64,000 nucleotides of DNA from assembly GCA_902787305.1 (NCBI GenBank), contig CADAFS010000001.1, positions 16,980-80,979 of the forward strand. The letters run 5' to 3'. The stretch is from an uncultured Pseudomonadota bacterium. GTDB taxonomy: Bacteria; Pseudomonadota; Alphaproteobacteria; Rs-D84. Positions 44,639 through 53,920 of this stretch are shown here, piece after piece. Numbering within the stretch: position 1 is the stretch's first letter; the number at the start of each line of letters is the position of its first letter. The translations under genes were made by a program, and so were the position numbers. Under the pieces are notes generated by a model. That model saw only the letters and a list, made by a program, of their open reading frames with translations. It searched no databases and was not told where the DNA came from.

Positions 44639-47150
44639 AAATATCTTTTGTGTTTCGAATCCGGCAAAGATTTTGGATGGTCTTTGGCGGATTATAAATG
44701 ATTCCGGTATTGATTTGACGGATATGCTGATTTTCTTGCCGAATCGGCGTGCAGTGCGCAGTGTTGAAAAAATGATTGTTGATAAAGTTGGACACGCGAC
44801 ACTTTTGCCGCGACTGGTGCCACTGGGCGAAGGGGTTGAAGATGTTGATTCGGATGATGAAAAATTTGGCGTTGTTTCAACATTGGAACGCGTTGTCGCA
44901 ACCGCGTATTTGTTGGCGTCAATTCCGACAATTAAAAATATATCAAATGCGTTGCCGGTCGCCCGAACACTGATTACTATGCAAGATTATTTGGAAAACA
45001 GTTCTGTTGATATTGCCGATATTGATTGGACGACATTGGTTGATGATAAATATGCAAAACACTTTCAAGACAAAGCGCAAATTTTATCCGTGCTTTCGCG
45101 TGTGCAAAATGAAATTTTTGTGGGACGTGATACGGAAACAAAACGCCGGAATTCCGACGTATACGCGTGGTACGAATATGTAAAAAATATGGACGCGCGT
45201 AAATCATTGGTTGTTGTTTGTGGGTCAACCGCAAGTGTCCCCGTCACGCGTGATTTAATGTCGGTAATTGCGTCGTTGCCAAATGGTCGGATAATTTTGC
45301 CGGGGCGGATTTCCGGACAAAAGGAAGATTTTGAATTGGATACAAACCCGTATAATTCAGAATATAAATTTTTGTCGGCAATCGGTGTTGATGTATCAGA
45401 TGTCCAAGAAATTGATGTCGGCGCGTCACATATTGATTTTATGAATACGGCGTTTTCTAATGTATACAGCGATTTAAGTGGTTGTGATTTATCGAATTGT
45501 CATTTAATAGAGGCTGCGCGTGAATCCGAAGAAGCGTCCGCCGCCGCCGAAATTACGGCGCGTGCAATTCGCGACAAAAAAATGGTTTTAATTATAACGC
45601 CCGATGCGGCGGGAAACCAACGATTGAAAAGCGAATTTGAACGGCGAAACATTGATGCAGATTTTTCGGGTGGCCTGTCCGGTACAATGACCGTGGCGGG
45701 GCGCGCGATTTTGAATTTGTTTGATGATTGGATTGAAAATGGCACTAATTATTTTGAAGAAATTTATTCGCGTAGTAATTCTAATTTGTTTGATACGGTT
45801 GCGAAAATTGTTGATAAATACGCCGAAAGTTTTGCACCACAGTTTGATATTGAAAGTTCCGAATCTGTTGCGATTTGGACGGCGATAAAAAAACTTTCCG
45901 ATTGTTTGACGGGTAAGAGTATACAGGTTAGTTTGACCGATGCGCGTGCGTTTATTGCGGATACCCTTGGCGGTGTTCGTGTGCGACCGCCGATGAATGA
46001 TACGGCAAGTGTCTGTGTTTTGGGAACAATAGAATCGCGTATGCAAACGGCGGACGTGGTTATACTTACCGGATTAAACGAAGGTATGTTTCCGGCAACC
46101 GGGTATGAAAACCCGTGGTTGCCACGGCAAATATCGAATAAAATTGGGTTGCCATCACCGAATCACAAGGTGTCACTGATGGCACTTGATTTTATAAATT
46201 TGTCGTGTGGGCGCGAAGTGTATTGGTTGCGCAGCAAGGTTTCGGGTGGAGTGCAAACACAAGAATCGCGATTTATTTCGCGTGTTATTGTTGCACGTGG
46301 TCGGTTTGATACAGATGCGGCAAATGACATATTAAATGTTGTGCGTTCGCGTGATGCGGTTGAATCAAGGCCACTTTGTTATGCCAACCCGCAACCGCCC
46401 GCAGATTGGTCTGATGTATATGTCACAAGTTTGGAATTGTTGATACATAATCCATATGCGTTCTATGTGCGGCATATACTGCGTTTGCGCCGAACGGATG
46501 ATTATTGGGTTGGGGCCGATGTGCGTGATTTTGGAACACTGGTGCATAGCGTTTTGGAAAGTGCGCCCGCGGGTGCGACCGAACAGTGGCTGATTGCGGA
46601 AATGGACAGACGCGCGTTGGAAGTGTTGGGTAATAATAACCTTATATTTTATTTCTGGCATCGGCGGTTCATGGAAATTGCGCCGATTGCAATGCAAATG
46701 TTGTGTGAAACCTATGGCGCACTTGTTGAAATCGAAGGCGCGGTAAAAATCGCCGGGCGTAATGTTCGTGCGCGTGCCGACCGAATTTGGGATGGTGGGG
46801 TGTTGGATATTAAAACGGGTGCTGCACCCAGTAAAAAGCAATTGTTCGATGGTACAATGCCACAATTATCGTTAGAGGCGTATATGTTGCAAAACCACGG
46901 TTTTTGTTTCAAAACAACCGTTAAAAGTGAAATGCCAATTATGCAATTTTTGCAACTTAAATCCGGGGACGCAAAAATTATAAAATATGATGTCGAAGAA
47001 ACCGCAACCGCAATAAATGCGGCGTATAGCAAGGTCACAGAATTATTTAATATGTATTCGGCGGGTGGGGCGGAATATGAATATCGCCGAACCGGTGAAC
47101 AAAAATATCAAGAATACGATGACTTTGCGCGGGCAGATGAACGCGATTAA
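44625..47150 (+). CDS. addB: Double-strand break repair protein AddB-like (alphaproteobacterial type, PD-(D/E)XK nuclease C-domain)
   Basis: 841 aa. C-terminal nuclease-like block RADRIWDGGVLDIKTGAAPSKKQ. Inactivated helicase-like N-region. Confidence 0.6.
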   Translation: MVSNKNIFCVSNPAKILDGLWRIINDSGIDLTDMLIFLPNRRAVRSVEKMIVDKVGHATLLPRLVPLGEGVEDVDSDDEKFGVVSTLERVVATAYLLASIPTIKNISNALPVARTLITMQDYLENSSVDIADIDWTTLVDDKYAKHFQDKAQILSVLSRVQNEIFVGRDTETKRRNSDVYAWYEYVKNMDARKSLVVVCGSTASVPVTRDLMSVIASLPNGRIILPGRISGQKEDFELDTNPYNSEYKFLSAIGVDVSDVQEIDVGASHIDFMNTAFSNVYSDLSGCDLSNCHLIEAARESEEASAAAEITARAIRDKKMVLIITPDAAGNQRLKSEFERRNIDADFSGGLSGTMTVAGRAILNLFDDWIENGTNYFEEIYSRSNSNLFDTVAKIVDKYAESFAPQFDIESSESVAIWTAIKKLSDCLTGKSIQVSLTDARAFIADTLGGVRVRPPMNDTASVCVLGTIESRMQTADVVILTGLNEGMFPATGYENPWLPRQISNKIGLPSPNHKVSLMALDFINLSCGREVYWLRSKVSGGVQTQESRFISRVIVARGRFDTDAANDILNVVRSRDAVESRPLCYANPQPPADWSDVYVTSLELLIHNPYAFYVRHILRLRRTDDYWVGADVRDFGTLVHSVLESAPAGATEQWLIAEMDRRALEVLGNNNLIFYFWHRRFMEIAPIAMQMLCETYGALVEIEGAVKIAGRNVRARADRIWDGGVLDIKTGAAPSKKQLFDGTMPQLSLEAYMLQNHGFCFKTTVKSEMPIMQFLQLKSGDAKIIKYDVEETATAINAAYSKVTELFNMYSAGGAEYEYRRTGEQKYQEYDDFARADERD

Positions 47151-47914
47151 TCGATTTTAATCATTAGTCCGCAATGGTCGGTTGGTTTTTCGCCACTGCG
47201 TGGGGCGGTGTCGATTTCACACTTTGTAATCATTTTCGCGGCGGTTTTGTTCGCCATAAAATAGTCAAGGCGCAGACCGTGTTTGTTTTCAAAACTGCGT
47301 TGGCGATAACCATACCAAGTGTATCCGATTTCATCGGGGTGCATTTTTCGCCACATATCGGTCCAACCGTCATCAAACCAACCTTGTAAAATTTCGCGTG
47401 CCGCGGGCGCAGAAATACTGGAGCCCACATAGTTTTCCGGTTTCCAAATATCGCGGTCGGCAATTGCCACATTAAAATCACCGCCGATTATTACCGATTC
47501 GGGTGAATCAATGTATTGTTTTATGTATTCGCCAAATGCGCGCATCCAATCAATTTTATATTCGAATTTGGGCGATGTTTCAGATTCGCCGTTCGGCATA
47601 TAGACATTTATAACACGGATACGACCATCGATTACCGTTTCCAAAAATCGCGCGTTTATATCGGTATAGTTCGGTATTCCGCGGATGGTGTCTTCGATAG
47701 AAAATTTTGAAAAAGTCGCAACACCGTTCCAACTTTTTTGTCCGAAAACCTTTATATTGTATCCGTATTCTTCGAATATATTATGTGGAAAACCGGCGGT
47801 TTCAACCTTTAATTCTTGGACCAGTATCGTGTCGTATTCGTTTGATTCAAGGATTTTTATAAAACTTTCCGCGTGGGCGCGAATCGAATTGATATTGATG
47901 GTTAGTATTTTCAT
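47147..47914 (-). CDS. xth: Exodeoxyribonuclease III
   Basis: MKILTININSIRAH..., QELK, GDFN, DH at the C-terminus. The ATG at 47914 was chosen, and the 117-codon upstream extension in the track is rejected. Confidence 0.9.
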   Translation of the reverse strand: MKILTININSIRAHAESFIKILESNEYDTILVQELKVETAGFPHNIFEEYGYNIKVFGQKSWNGVATFSKFSIEDTIRGIPNYTDINARFLETVIDGRIRVINVYMPNGESETSPKFEYKIDWMRAFGEYIKQYIDSPESVIIGGDFNVAIADRDIWKPENYVGSSISAPAAREILQGWFDDGWTDMWRKMHPDEIGYTWYGYRQRSFENKHGLRLDYFMANKTAAKMITKCEIDTAPRSGEKPTDHCGLMIKID

Positions 47915-47983
47915 ATTTGCAATCTTTCCTTTTATGGGTATAATAACCTTAATAAATTGTAAAAACAACAAGGATTTTGAATC

Positions 47984-49567
47984 ATGAACAGTATGTTTCA
48001 ATTTTTGGAAAGGGCGGTTGAAAAATGGCCGAACGGCATTTATTTGGTGCGTGAAAATGTGACATTTTCGGACTTTATGAAAATGGTTCGTGCGCGTGCG
48101 GCGACGCTTTCTGCGCTTGGGGTGGGGGCCGGCGATGTCGTTGGAATTTTGTCGCATAATATACCGGCGTTTCCGATAACGCTGTTTGCAATTTGGTTTT
48201 TGGGTGGAACGGTGCTGTTGCTGGATACGAATTTGACGCCGTTCGAATACGATAATATGGCCCAAATTACAAAGTGCAAATTAGTTTGTGCGGAAAAGTC
48301 GTTCTTTTATAAAACCGATGTGTTTCAGTTTTTTGATATCACGACCGCGGATGGGGGTGAAAATCCCGATTTGAAACCGGCGGAATTAAAGCCGACGGAT
48401 ATCGCAACATTGTCGTTCACATCGGGTTCGACCGGCACGCCAAAGGTTGTGCCACTTTCGCACTATAATTTGTTGGAATGTGCAAATTCATTGTTGGACA
48501 TGCGCGAATGGTTTGAGGTTGGCGATGTCATGTATGGATTTTTGCCGATGTATCATATTTTCGGGTTTGCGGTGGAAATACTTGCAACATTGCAATACGG
48601 CGCGGGTGTGTTGTTGCAACCGACCGTCAATCCAAAGGAAATTTTGGCGGATTTTAAACGCTATCGTCCACATGTGATTCCGGCGGTCCCCCGTTTGTTT
48701 GAGGTTTTTCGTAACAAAATCATCGATGGAATAAAGGCACAGCATAAATGGTGGCTGTTTTCGTTCGTGTTGAAAAATGCAGATTTGTTAAAGAAAATCG
48801 GCCTGCGTAAATTGGTGGATGCGGCGTTTAGGCCGGTATTAGATGTGTTTGGGGGCCGCGTAAAATTGCTGATTGCGGGTGGCGCGGCGACAAAGCCCGA
48901 AATTGAAAATTTCTTTGTCGCGCTGGGCCTTGGGTTCATTCAGGGTTATGGTATGACCGAAACGGTCGGACCGATTTGCATTTCCAAACCGTGCAAGGGT
49001 CGAATCCCATTTGCATTTGGTGCACCGACCACGAATAACGAGGTTGAAATCCGTGATAAAAATGAAGACGGGGTTGGTATTTTGTGGCTGCGCGGTAATC
49101 AGATTTTTAATGGGTATCTAAATAATGACGATGCGAATAAACAGGCGTTCGATGACCGCGGCTTCTTTAACACCGGCGATATGGTGTCGATGGATAAAAA
49201 TGGTGAATTGCACTTTGCCGGTCGCAAGAAACAGGTGATTGTTTTGGACAGTGGTAAAAATGTTTATCCGGATGAGTTGGAGGGTCTGTTTATAAATATC
49301 CCGGGGGTAAAAAATGTCGCGGTGTTTGAACACAAGGTAAAAGATAAAACTGTTTCGTATGGCGTGTTCAGTGTCGATAAAGATATGACTATGGAAAAAC
49401 TGTCCGCGGCAATTGCGGCGGCGAATAAAAAGGTGGCGTCCTATAAATGGGTGACGCACTTTGCGATGACAACCGAAGATTTGCCGATGACCAGCACGCA
49501 AAAGGTCAAACACCACATTGTCCGTCAGAATTTGATTGATGGAAAGTACCCGTTGCGAAAGGAATAG
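47984..49567 (+). CDS. AMP-dependent acyl-CoA synthetase/ligase (FadD-like)
   Basis: AMP-binding motif LSFTSGSTGTPKVV, GYGMTET, TGDM, and the C-terminal K of the ANL superfamily. Confidence 0.8.
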   Translation: MNSMFQFLERAVEKWPNGIYLVRENVTFSDFMKMVRARAATLSALGVGAGDVVGILSHNIPAFPITLFAIWFLGGTVLLLDTNLTPFEYDNMAQITKCKLVCAEKSFFYKTDVFQFFDITTADGGENPDLKPAELKPTDIATLSFTSGSTGTPKVVPLSHYNLLECANSLLDMREWFEVGDVMYGFLPMYHIFGFAVEILATLQYGAGVLLQPTVNPKEILADFKRYRPHVIPAVPRLFEVFRNKIIDGIKAQHKWWLFSFVLKNADLLKKIGLRKLVDAAFRPVLDVFGGRVKLLIAGGAATKPEIENFFVALGLGFIQGYGMTETVGPICISKPCKGRIPFAFGAPTTNNEVEIRDKNEDGVGILWLRGNQIFNGYLNNDDANKQAFDDRGFFNTGDMVSMDKNGELHFAGRKKQVIVLDSGKNVYPDELEGLFINIPGVKNVAVFEHKVKDKTVSYGVFSVDKDMTMEKLSAAIAAANKKVASYKWVTHFAMTTEDLPMTSTQKVKHHIVRQNLIDGKYPLRKE

Positions 49568-49571
49568 TAAA

Positions 49572-49802
49572 ATGTGTTTCGTTCGAAAAAGTAGAAAAGC
49601 AAACGTGCTGGTAGAGAACCCTGTTGCCCCAGGTAGTATAGAGTGGTACATGAGAGAGTGGGCAAAAGATGCCGCGGTTGAACGATATTGTCGGTGGCTT
49701 GATGAACAACTTGCTAATAAAGAAACAGCCAGAAAAATATGGGAATACGAAGCAGCGATGAATGCTTTGGTTGAAGAGATTTTTGGCAAAAAAGCGTATT
49801 AG
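49572..49802 (+). CDS. Hypothetical small protein (76 aa)
   Basis: ORF immediately after the ligase gene. No motif recognised. It abuts the mnmE stop in a convergent arrangement. Confidence 0.35.
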   Translation: MCFVRKSRKANVLVENPVAPGSIEWYMREWAKDAAVERYCRWLDEQLANKETARKIWEYEAAMNALVEEIFGKKAY

Positions 49803-51143
49803 TTATTTTCCCAAACATAATTGCGAAAAGGTCATATCAAGTATTTCGGCGGTGCCGATGGTGCCGAGTATTTTGCCAATCGCGTCCGCCGCGTATCGCA
49901 CGTGTTCAGATAAAATATCATAGTCGCCATTAAAATCGTTCAATGCCGCAAATAATTCATCGCGCGCGGTCATCAACAGGTCGTATGTGCGGGCGTTTAT
50001 CATGACCGTGCTTTCGCCGTTGTTTGTGATTTCGGCGATTCGGTTTCGGATTTCGTGCATAAGTTCCGGTATGCCCGCACCGGTTTTGGCGGAAACATAT
50101 ATTGCGCCGCGTATGTCGCGTGAATCGATTGTATCAGATTTATTTATGACCAAGATTTCATTTTCTGCAACCGGTGTGACCGAACCGTTGATATCGATGA
50201 CATGTAAAACTATATCGGCGTTGGCGATTTCGGTATTTGTTCGTTCAATTCCGATTTTTTCCACAAAATCCACCGTATTGCGCAGGCCCGCCGTATCAGA
50301 TAAATTCACCATATATCCGTCAATGTCCATTTGTGCGGACACGACATCGCGCGTTGTGCCGGGGATATCGGATACTATGGCGCGGTTCGCACCAACGATG
50401 CGATTGAACAACGAAGATTTTCCGACATTTGTTTCGCCAACGATTGCGATATTTATTCCGCACATTATTGCACGTGAAACTTTGTAATTGTCCAATACGC
50501 CGGAAACCGCCGTATAGAGCGTTTTTATATGCTCCAAAATTATATCAGAAATGTTTGGCGGTAAATCGTCGGCGTCATAGTCCGTCATTGCGGCGGCGTA
50601 TGCGGATATTTCCAACATTTGGTCGCGCCAATTTTCATAAATCGCACTGTCGCCACCCATCATGGAACGCAGTGCCGCCGCGCGCTGCTTATCCGTTTGT
50701 GCGTCAAGCAACGCAACCAATCCGTCAACATCCGTCAAATCCATTTTGCCATTATAAAACGCGCGCCGCGAAAATTCACCAGGGGTGGCAACACGCATAT
50801 TATGCCCGCGCAAAAATTCAAAGATTTTATTTATAACCGCCGGTGCGCCGTGGCATTGAATTTCGATTATATCGGTGCCGGTAAAACTGTGCGGTGCGGC
50901 AAAATAGATAACGACGCATTGGTCGATTATTTCGCCGTTATCATCGCGCAGGTTTGTAAAATACGCATGTCGGGGTACGATGCCACTACCCCCCGGCGTT
51001 CCACGCCGTACCCCTTCGCCAGCGAAGGGGAGAACGAGGCGTTGCGCGAATTTTTCTAAATCATTTCCCGATATGCGAATCACCGCAACGCCGGATTTCC
51101 CATGCCCAGATGATAATGCAAAGATTGTGTCGTTGTTATTCAT
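49803..51143 (-). CDS. mnmE: tRNA uridine-5-carboxymethylaminomethyl modification GTPase MnmE
   Basis: DTIFALSSG.GKSGVAVIRISG, G-domain GETNVGKSSLFN and DTAG, C-terminal CLGK. The ATG at 51143 is preferred over the GTG at 51158. Confidence 0.95.
   Translation of the reverse strand: MNNNDTIFALSSGHGKSGVAVIRISGNDLEKFAQRLVLPFAGEGVRRGTPGGSGIVPRHAYFTNLRDDNGEIIDQCVVIYFAAPHSFTGTDIIEIQCHGAPAVINKIFEFLRGHNMRVATPGEFSRRAFYNGKMDLTDVDGLVALLDAQTDKQRAAALRSMMGGDSAIYENWRDQMLEISAYAAAMTDYDADDLPPNISDIILEHIKTLYTAVSGVLDNYKVSRAIMCGINIAIVGETNVGKSSLFNRIVGANRAIVSDIPGTTRDVVSAQMDIDGYMVNLSDTAGLRNTVDFVEKIGIERTNTEIANADIVLHVIDINGSVTPVAENEILVINKSDTIDSRDIRGAIYVSAKTGAGIPELMHEIRNRIAEITNNGESTVMINARTYDLLMTARDELFAALNDFNGDYDILSEHVRYAADAIGKILGTIGTAEILDMTFSQLCLGK
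50982..51035. repeat. In-frame 54-nt copy of the GC-rich double-hairpin repeat inside mnmE
   Basis: + strand CACTACCCCCCGGCGTTCCACGCCGTACCCCTTCGCCAGCGAAGGGGAGAAC shares the hairpin loops TTCCAC and GCCAG with the intergenic copy at 55583-55630. It encodes VLPFAGEGVRRGTPGGSG. Confidence 0.7.
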
Positions 51144-51144
51144 A

Positions 51145-51720
51145 TTATCTGTTTCCACTTATTTCTTTTAATGCCATCGGGACCAGTTTTGATACCCCCG
51201 CGTCCGGATTTTGTGCAACCAATTTTTGTGCCATTTCGATTATGTCCATACGGCGGTACCCCAATGTTTCCAATGCCGCCAACAAATCGGGCAGGGCGCC
51301 CGTGTCGCCGGATGTATCAAATGCAAACGATGCGCCGCCAACCTTGGACTTTAATTCAACAATGATTTTTTCAGCGACCTTTTTCCCAACACCCGGTGCG
51401 GTTGCGATTGTTTTTGCGTCGCCGGTTGCGATTGCGGTTAGTAATGTATCGGTCTTTATCGTGCCCATTATCGCCATGGCAACCCGCGGTCCGACACCCG
51501 ATACACCGTTTAGCATATTGAATAAATTTTGTGCAGCGGGCGTTCCAAACCCGAACAAACGAATCGAATCTTCGCGCACGACCGTTTCAATCCAAAGTGT
51601 CGCCGTCGTGCCGGTGGCCGGGTTTTCCGGCGTATATACCTTGTACCCGACGGGGCCCGCCATCAAAATAATGAACCCGTCACCAATATAATCAACAATG
51701 CCTTGCAATTTTCCAATCAT
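51145..51720 (-). CDS. ruvA: Holliday junction branch migration complex subunit RuvA
   Basis: MIGKLQGIV...GYKVY, HhH motifs LNGVSGVGPRVAMAI and APGVGKKVAEKI. Confidence 0.9.
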   Translation of the reverse strand: MIGKLQGIVDYIGDGFIILMAGPVGYKVYTPENPATGTTATLWIETVVREDSIRLFGFGTPAAQNLFNMLNGVSGVGPRVAMAIMGTIKTDTLLTAIATGDAKTIATAPGVGKKVAEKIIVELKSKVGGASFAFDTSGDTGALPDLLAALETLGYRRMDIIEMAQKLVAQNPDAGVSKLVPMALKEISGNR

Positions 51721-51771
51721 TTGCTATCCTTTGCCGGTAATTTTAATCTAATTAAATCAAAAGGTCAAATC

Positions 51772-52488
51772 ATGAGCGGACATAGCAAATGGCACAACAT
51801 TCAACATAAAAAGGGTCTTGCCGACGCGGCACGCAGTGGATTGTTTACGAAACTTGCGCGCGAAATCACGATGGCGGCGAAATTGGGCGACAAAAATCCG
51901 GATAATAACCCGCGGTTGCGTCTTGCGATTTTACAGGCGCGCAAGAATTCTATGCCGAACGATAATATCAAACGCGCAATCGACAAGGCATCGGGCGCAA
52001 ACACCGAAAGTTATGTGGCGGTGCGGTACGAAGGTTACGGCCCGGGTGCGGTGCCGATTATAGTAGAGGCACTGACCGACAACCCGCGGCGCACCGTGCC
52101 AGAGGTGCGGAATATCTTTTCCAAGCACGGTGGCAACATGGGCGAAGAGGGCAGTGTCGCATTTATGTTCACGCGCGTTGGGCAAATTTTCTATCCGGCA
52201 TCGATTGGTAAAACCGAAGATGAAATGATGGAAATTATTATGGACGCGGATGCGGACAATTTGGAAACAACCGACGAAGGTTTTATCATTACAACAAAAC
52301 CTGATGATTTTATGAATGTGCAGAAAAAGATTGCCGATGTTTTGGGCGAACCGGAAAATGCGGAATTGACATGGGTTCCGAATATGCCGGTGGACGTGGA
52401 CGAAGAAACATGGGACAAGGTTGAACGCCTGGTTGACGCGTTGGACGATAATGACGATGTGCAAAAGGTATTCACAGGCGCGGCGTAA
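51772..52488 (+). CDS. yebC: YebC/PmpR-family DNA-binding transcriptional regulator
   Basis: MSGHSKWHNIQHKKG...RLRLAILQARKNSMPNDNIKRAI. The ATG at 51772 was chosen. Confidence 0.9.
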   Translation: MSGHSKWHNIQHKKGLADAARSGLFTKLAREITMAAKLGDKNPDNNPRLRLAILQARKNSMPNDNIKRAIDKASGANTESYVAVRYEGYGPGAVPIIVEALTDNPRRTVPEVRNIFSKHGGNMGEEGSVAFMFTRVGQIFYPASIGKTEDEMMEIIMDADADNLETTDEGFIITTKPDDFMNVQKKIADVLGEPENAELTWVPNMPVDVDEETWDKVERLVDALDDNDDVQKVFTGAA

Positions 52489-52757
52489 AAGTGTAAGTGT
52501 TAGTGGTTAGTGTTAGTCCGTCACGACCGCGGCGCGGCGTGCCGCGACGGGTGCGCGGGGCAAAAGCCCCGCATTTTTTTGCCTCATACTTTTTTGTCAT
52601 TCCGGACAGGTGTCACCCACGAAAAATTTTATTTTTCGTGGGGCCCGTGGTCCGGAATAGGGCTAAGTAGTTGTGACGAATATTTCGTAATAAATTTGTG
52701 TTATTCGTCACAGGTTTTACAGACCCTATGGCGGACCAAGCCCGCCATGACAATTCT
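52489..52757. repeat. Heptad array plus palindromic repeat cluster
   Basis: GTGTAAGTGTTAGTGGTTAGTGTTAGT, then nested hairpins (ATTCCGGAC...GTCCGGAAT, CCCACGAAAAAT..TTTTTCGTGGG, TGTGACGAATA..TTATTCGTCACA) and the exact 29-nt repeat at 52724-52752. Confidence 0.75.
52555..52580 (+). terminator. Intrinsic terminator after yebC (embedded in the repeat cluster)
   Basis: GCGGGG-CAAAAG-CCCCGC followed by ATTTTTTT. Confidence 0.6.
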
Positions 52758-52787
52758 TTTAAAATCGGTGACGTTGGTTGTTGCTTT

Positions 52788-53081
52788 TTATAATTCCCCA
52801 TACATCGCATTGAATAATTCTACCAACAATTCCGTGTTTTCGATGTCGGGAAATGACAGCATTGGCTTTGCGCCGGGGTATGGAATTTCCGGTTTTGCAT
52901 TCTGGATAATTTTTTGTGCCGCCGTGGTCGGTTTAATTAGCAACCGGTTGTCATAAATTCCGCCGATGATTTTCCCGCGATAGTAAATAATGTATTCGCC
53001 CATCATCGCGCGATATGTTATGTCGGGCAACGCGGATAATTGTGTAAGCACGAAATCTAAAAATTCTTTGCTTGATGACAT
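52788..53081 (-). CDS. TfoX N-terminal-domain protein
   Basis: 97 aa. MSSSKEFLDFVLTQLSALPDITYRAMMGEYIIYYRGKIIGGIYDNRLLIK matches the TfoX/Sxy N-domain pattern. No C-terminal domain is present. Confidence 0.7.
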   Translation of the reverse strand: MSSSKEFLDFVLTQLSALPDITYRAMMGEYIIYYRGKIIGGIYDNRLLIKPTTAAQKIIQNAKPEIPYPGAKPMLSFPDIENTELLVELFNAMYGEL

Positions 53082-53085
53082 TGTG

Positions 53086-53577
53086 TTATTTTATAAACTT
53101 TTCAAATCGTGTTGTGTTGGCGTGGGCCAGGGCGATTGCTATGGCGTCACTTTCGTCCGCGGTTTTGGGGTTCGCGGCTGGCAATAAAATTCGCACCATT
53201 TTATCGACCGCGGTTTTATCCGCATGTCCCGCGCCGGTTAGAATTTTTTTTACTTTGTTTGGTTCGTATTCAAATACCGGAATTTCACGCACAGACACCG
53301 CAACCATTGCCGCCGCGCGTGCGTGGCCCAATATCAGTGTCGTTGTCGGATTTTTATTCACAAATGTTATTTCCATACTGCATTCATCGGGAGAAAATGT
53401 TTCGCAAAGTTTTGTGACACCATTGAATATAATTGCAAGTCGTTCGGGCAGTGCACCGGTTTTCTTGGGCAAGATAACACCACTGGCCACATATTTTCTT
53501 TCGTTGCCGTTTGTGTCGATGATTGCCCATCCAGTATGTAAAAGTCCCGGGTCAATGCCAAGTATTCGTTTCGTCAT
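53086..53577 (-). CDS. ruvC: Crossover junction endodeoxyribonuclease RuvC
   Basis: ILGIDPGLLHTGWAII..., EITFVNKNP, DESDAIAIA. Confidence 0.9.
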   Translation of the reverse strand: MTKRILGIDPGLLHTGWAIIDTNGNERKYVASGVILPKKTGALPERLAIIFNGVTKLCETFSPDECSMEITFVNKNPTTTLILGHARAAAMVAVSVREIPVFEYEPNKVKKILTGAGHADKTAVDKMVRILLPAANPKTADESDAIAIALAHANTTRFEKFIK

Positions 53578-53581
53578 TTTG

Positions 53582-53920
53582 CTATTTCCTGAAACTTATT
53601 TTGCCGACGCAAGACGCGCCAAAGTATTTGTTTATTTTCTTTGTGATTTCCGGAACCATATAAGACAGATTTAATGTATACGCCGGATTCCGTGGTCTTA
53701 GTGTTATATTATATGTTCCGTCACGTTGTTTTTTTATCGCACAAATGTCGGCAAGGTTTGAAATTTCCGGGCCGATTATTTCCGCCCAACGCGCAACAAG
53801 GTCGGAATCTGATGCGCGTACACCAAAAATTTTCATCAGCCCCCCAAGCGCGCTCGCAATTGTTTGTGGGCGTTTTATGCGTTTGGTGAAATCGTTTTTA
53901 TTTTGGTTTGACATAGACAT
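53582..53920 (-). CDS. DUF721 (DciA-like) domain protein
   Basis: LVARWAEIIGPEISNLADICAIKK....YNITLRPRNPAYTLNLSYMVPEITKKINKYFG. The start is at 53920 or 53914 and overlaps the mltA end. Confidence 0.6.
   Translation of the reverse strand: MSMSNQNKNDFTKRIKRPQTIASALGGLMKIFGVRASDSDLVARWAEIIGPEISNLADICAIKKQRDGTYNITLRPRNPAYTLNLSYMVPEITKKINKYFGASCVGKISFRK

Noticed and set aside
47915-48265. 117-codon upstream extension of the xth ORF
   Set aside because: It is an Arg/Lys-rich nonsense translation antisense to the start of the acyl-CoA ligase gene. Xth family proteins begin at MKILTININS.
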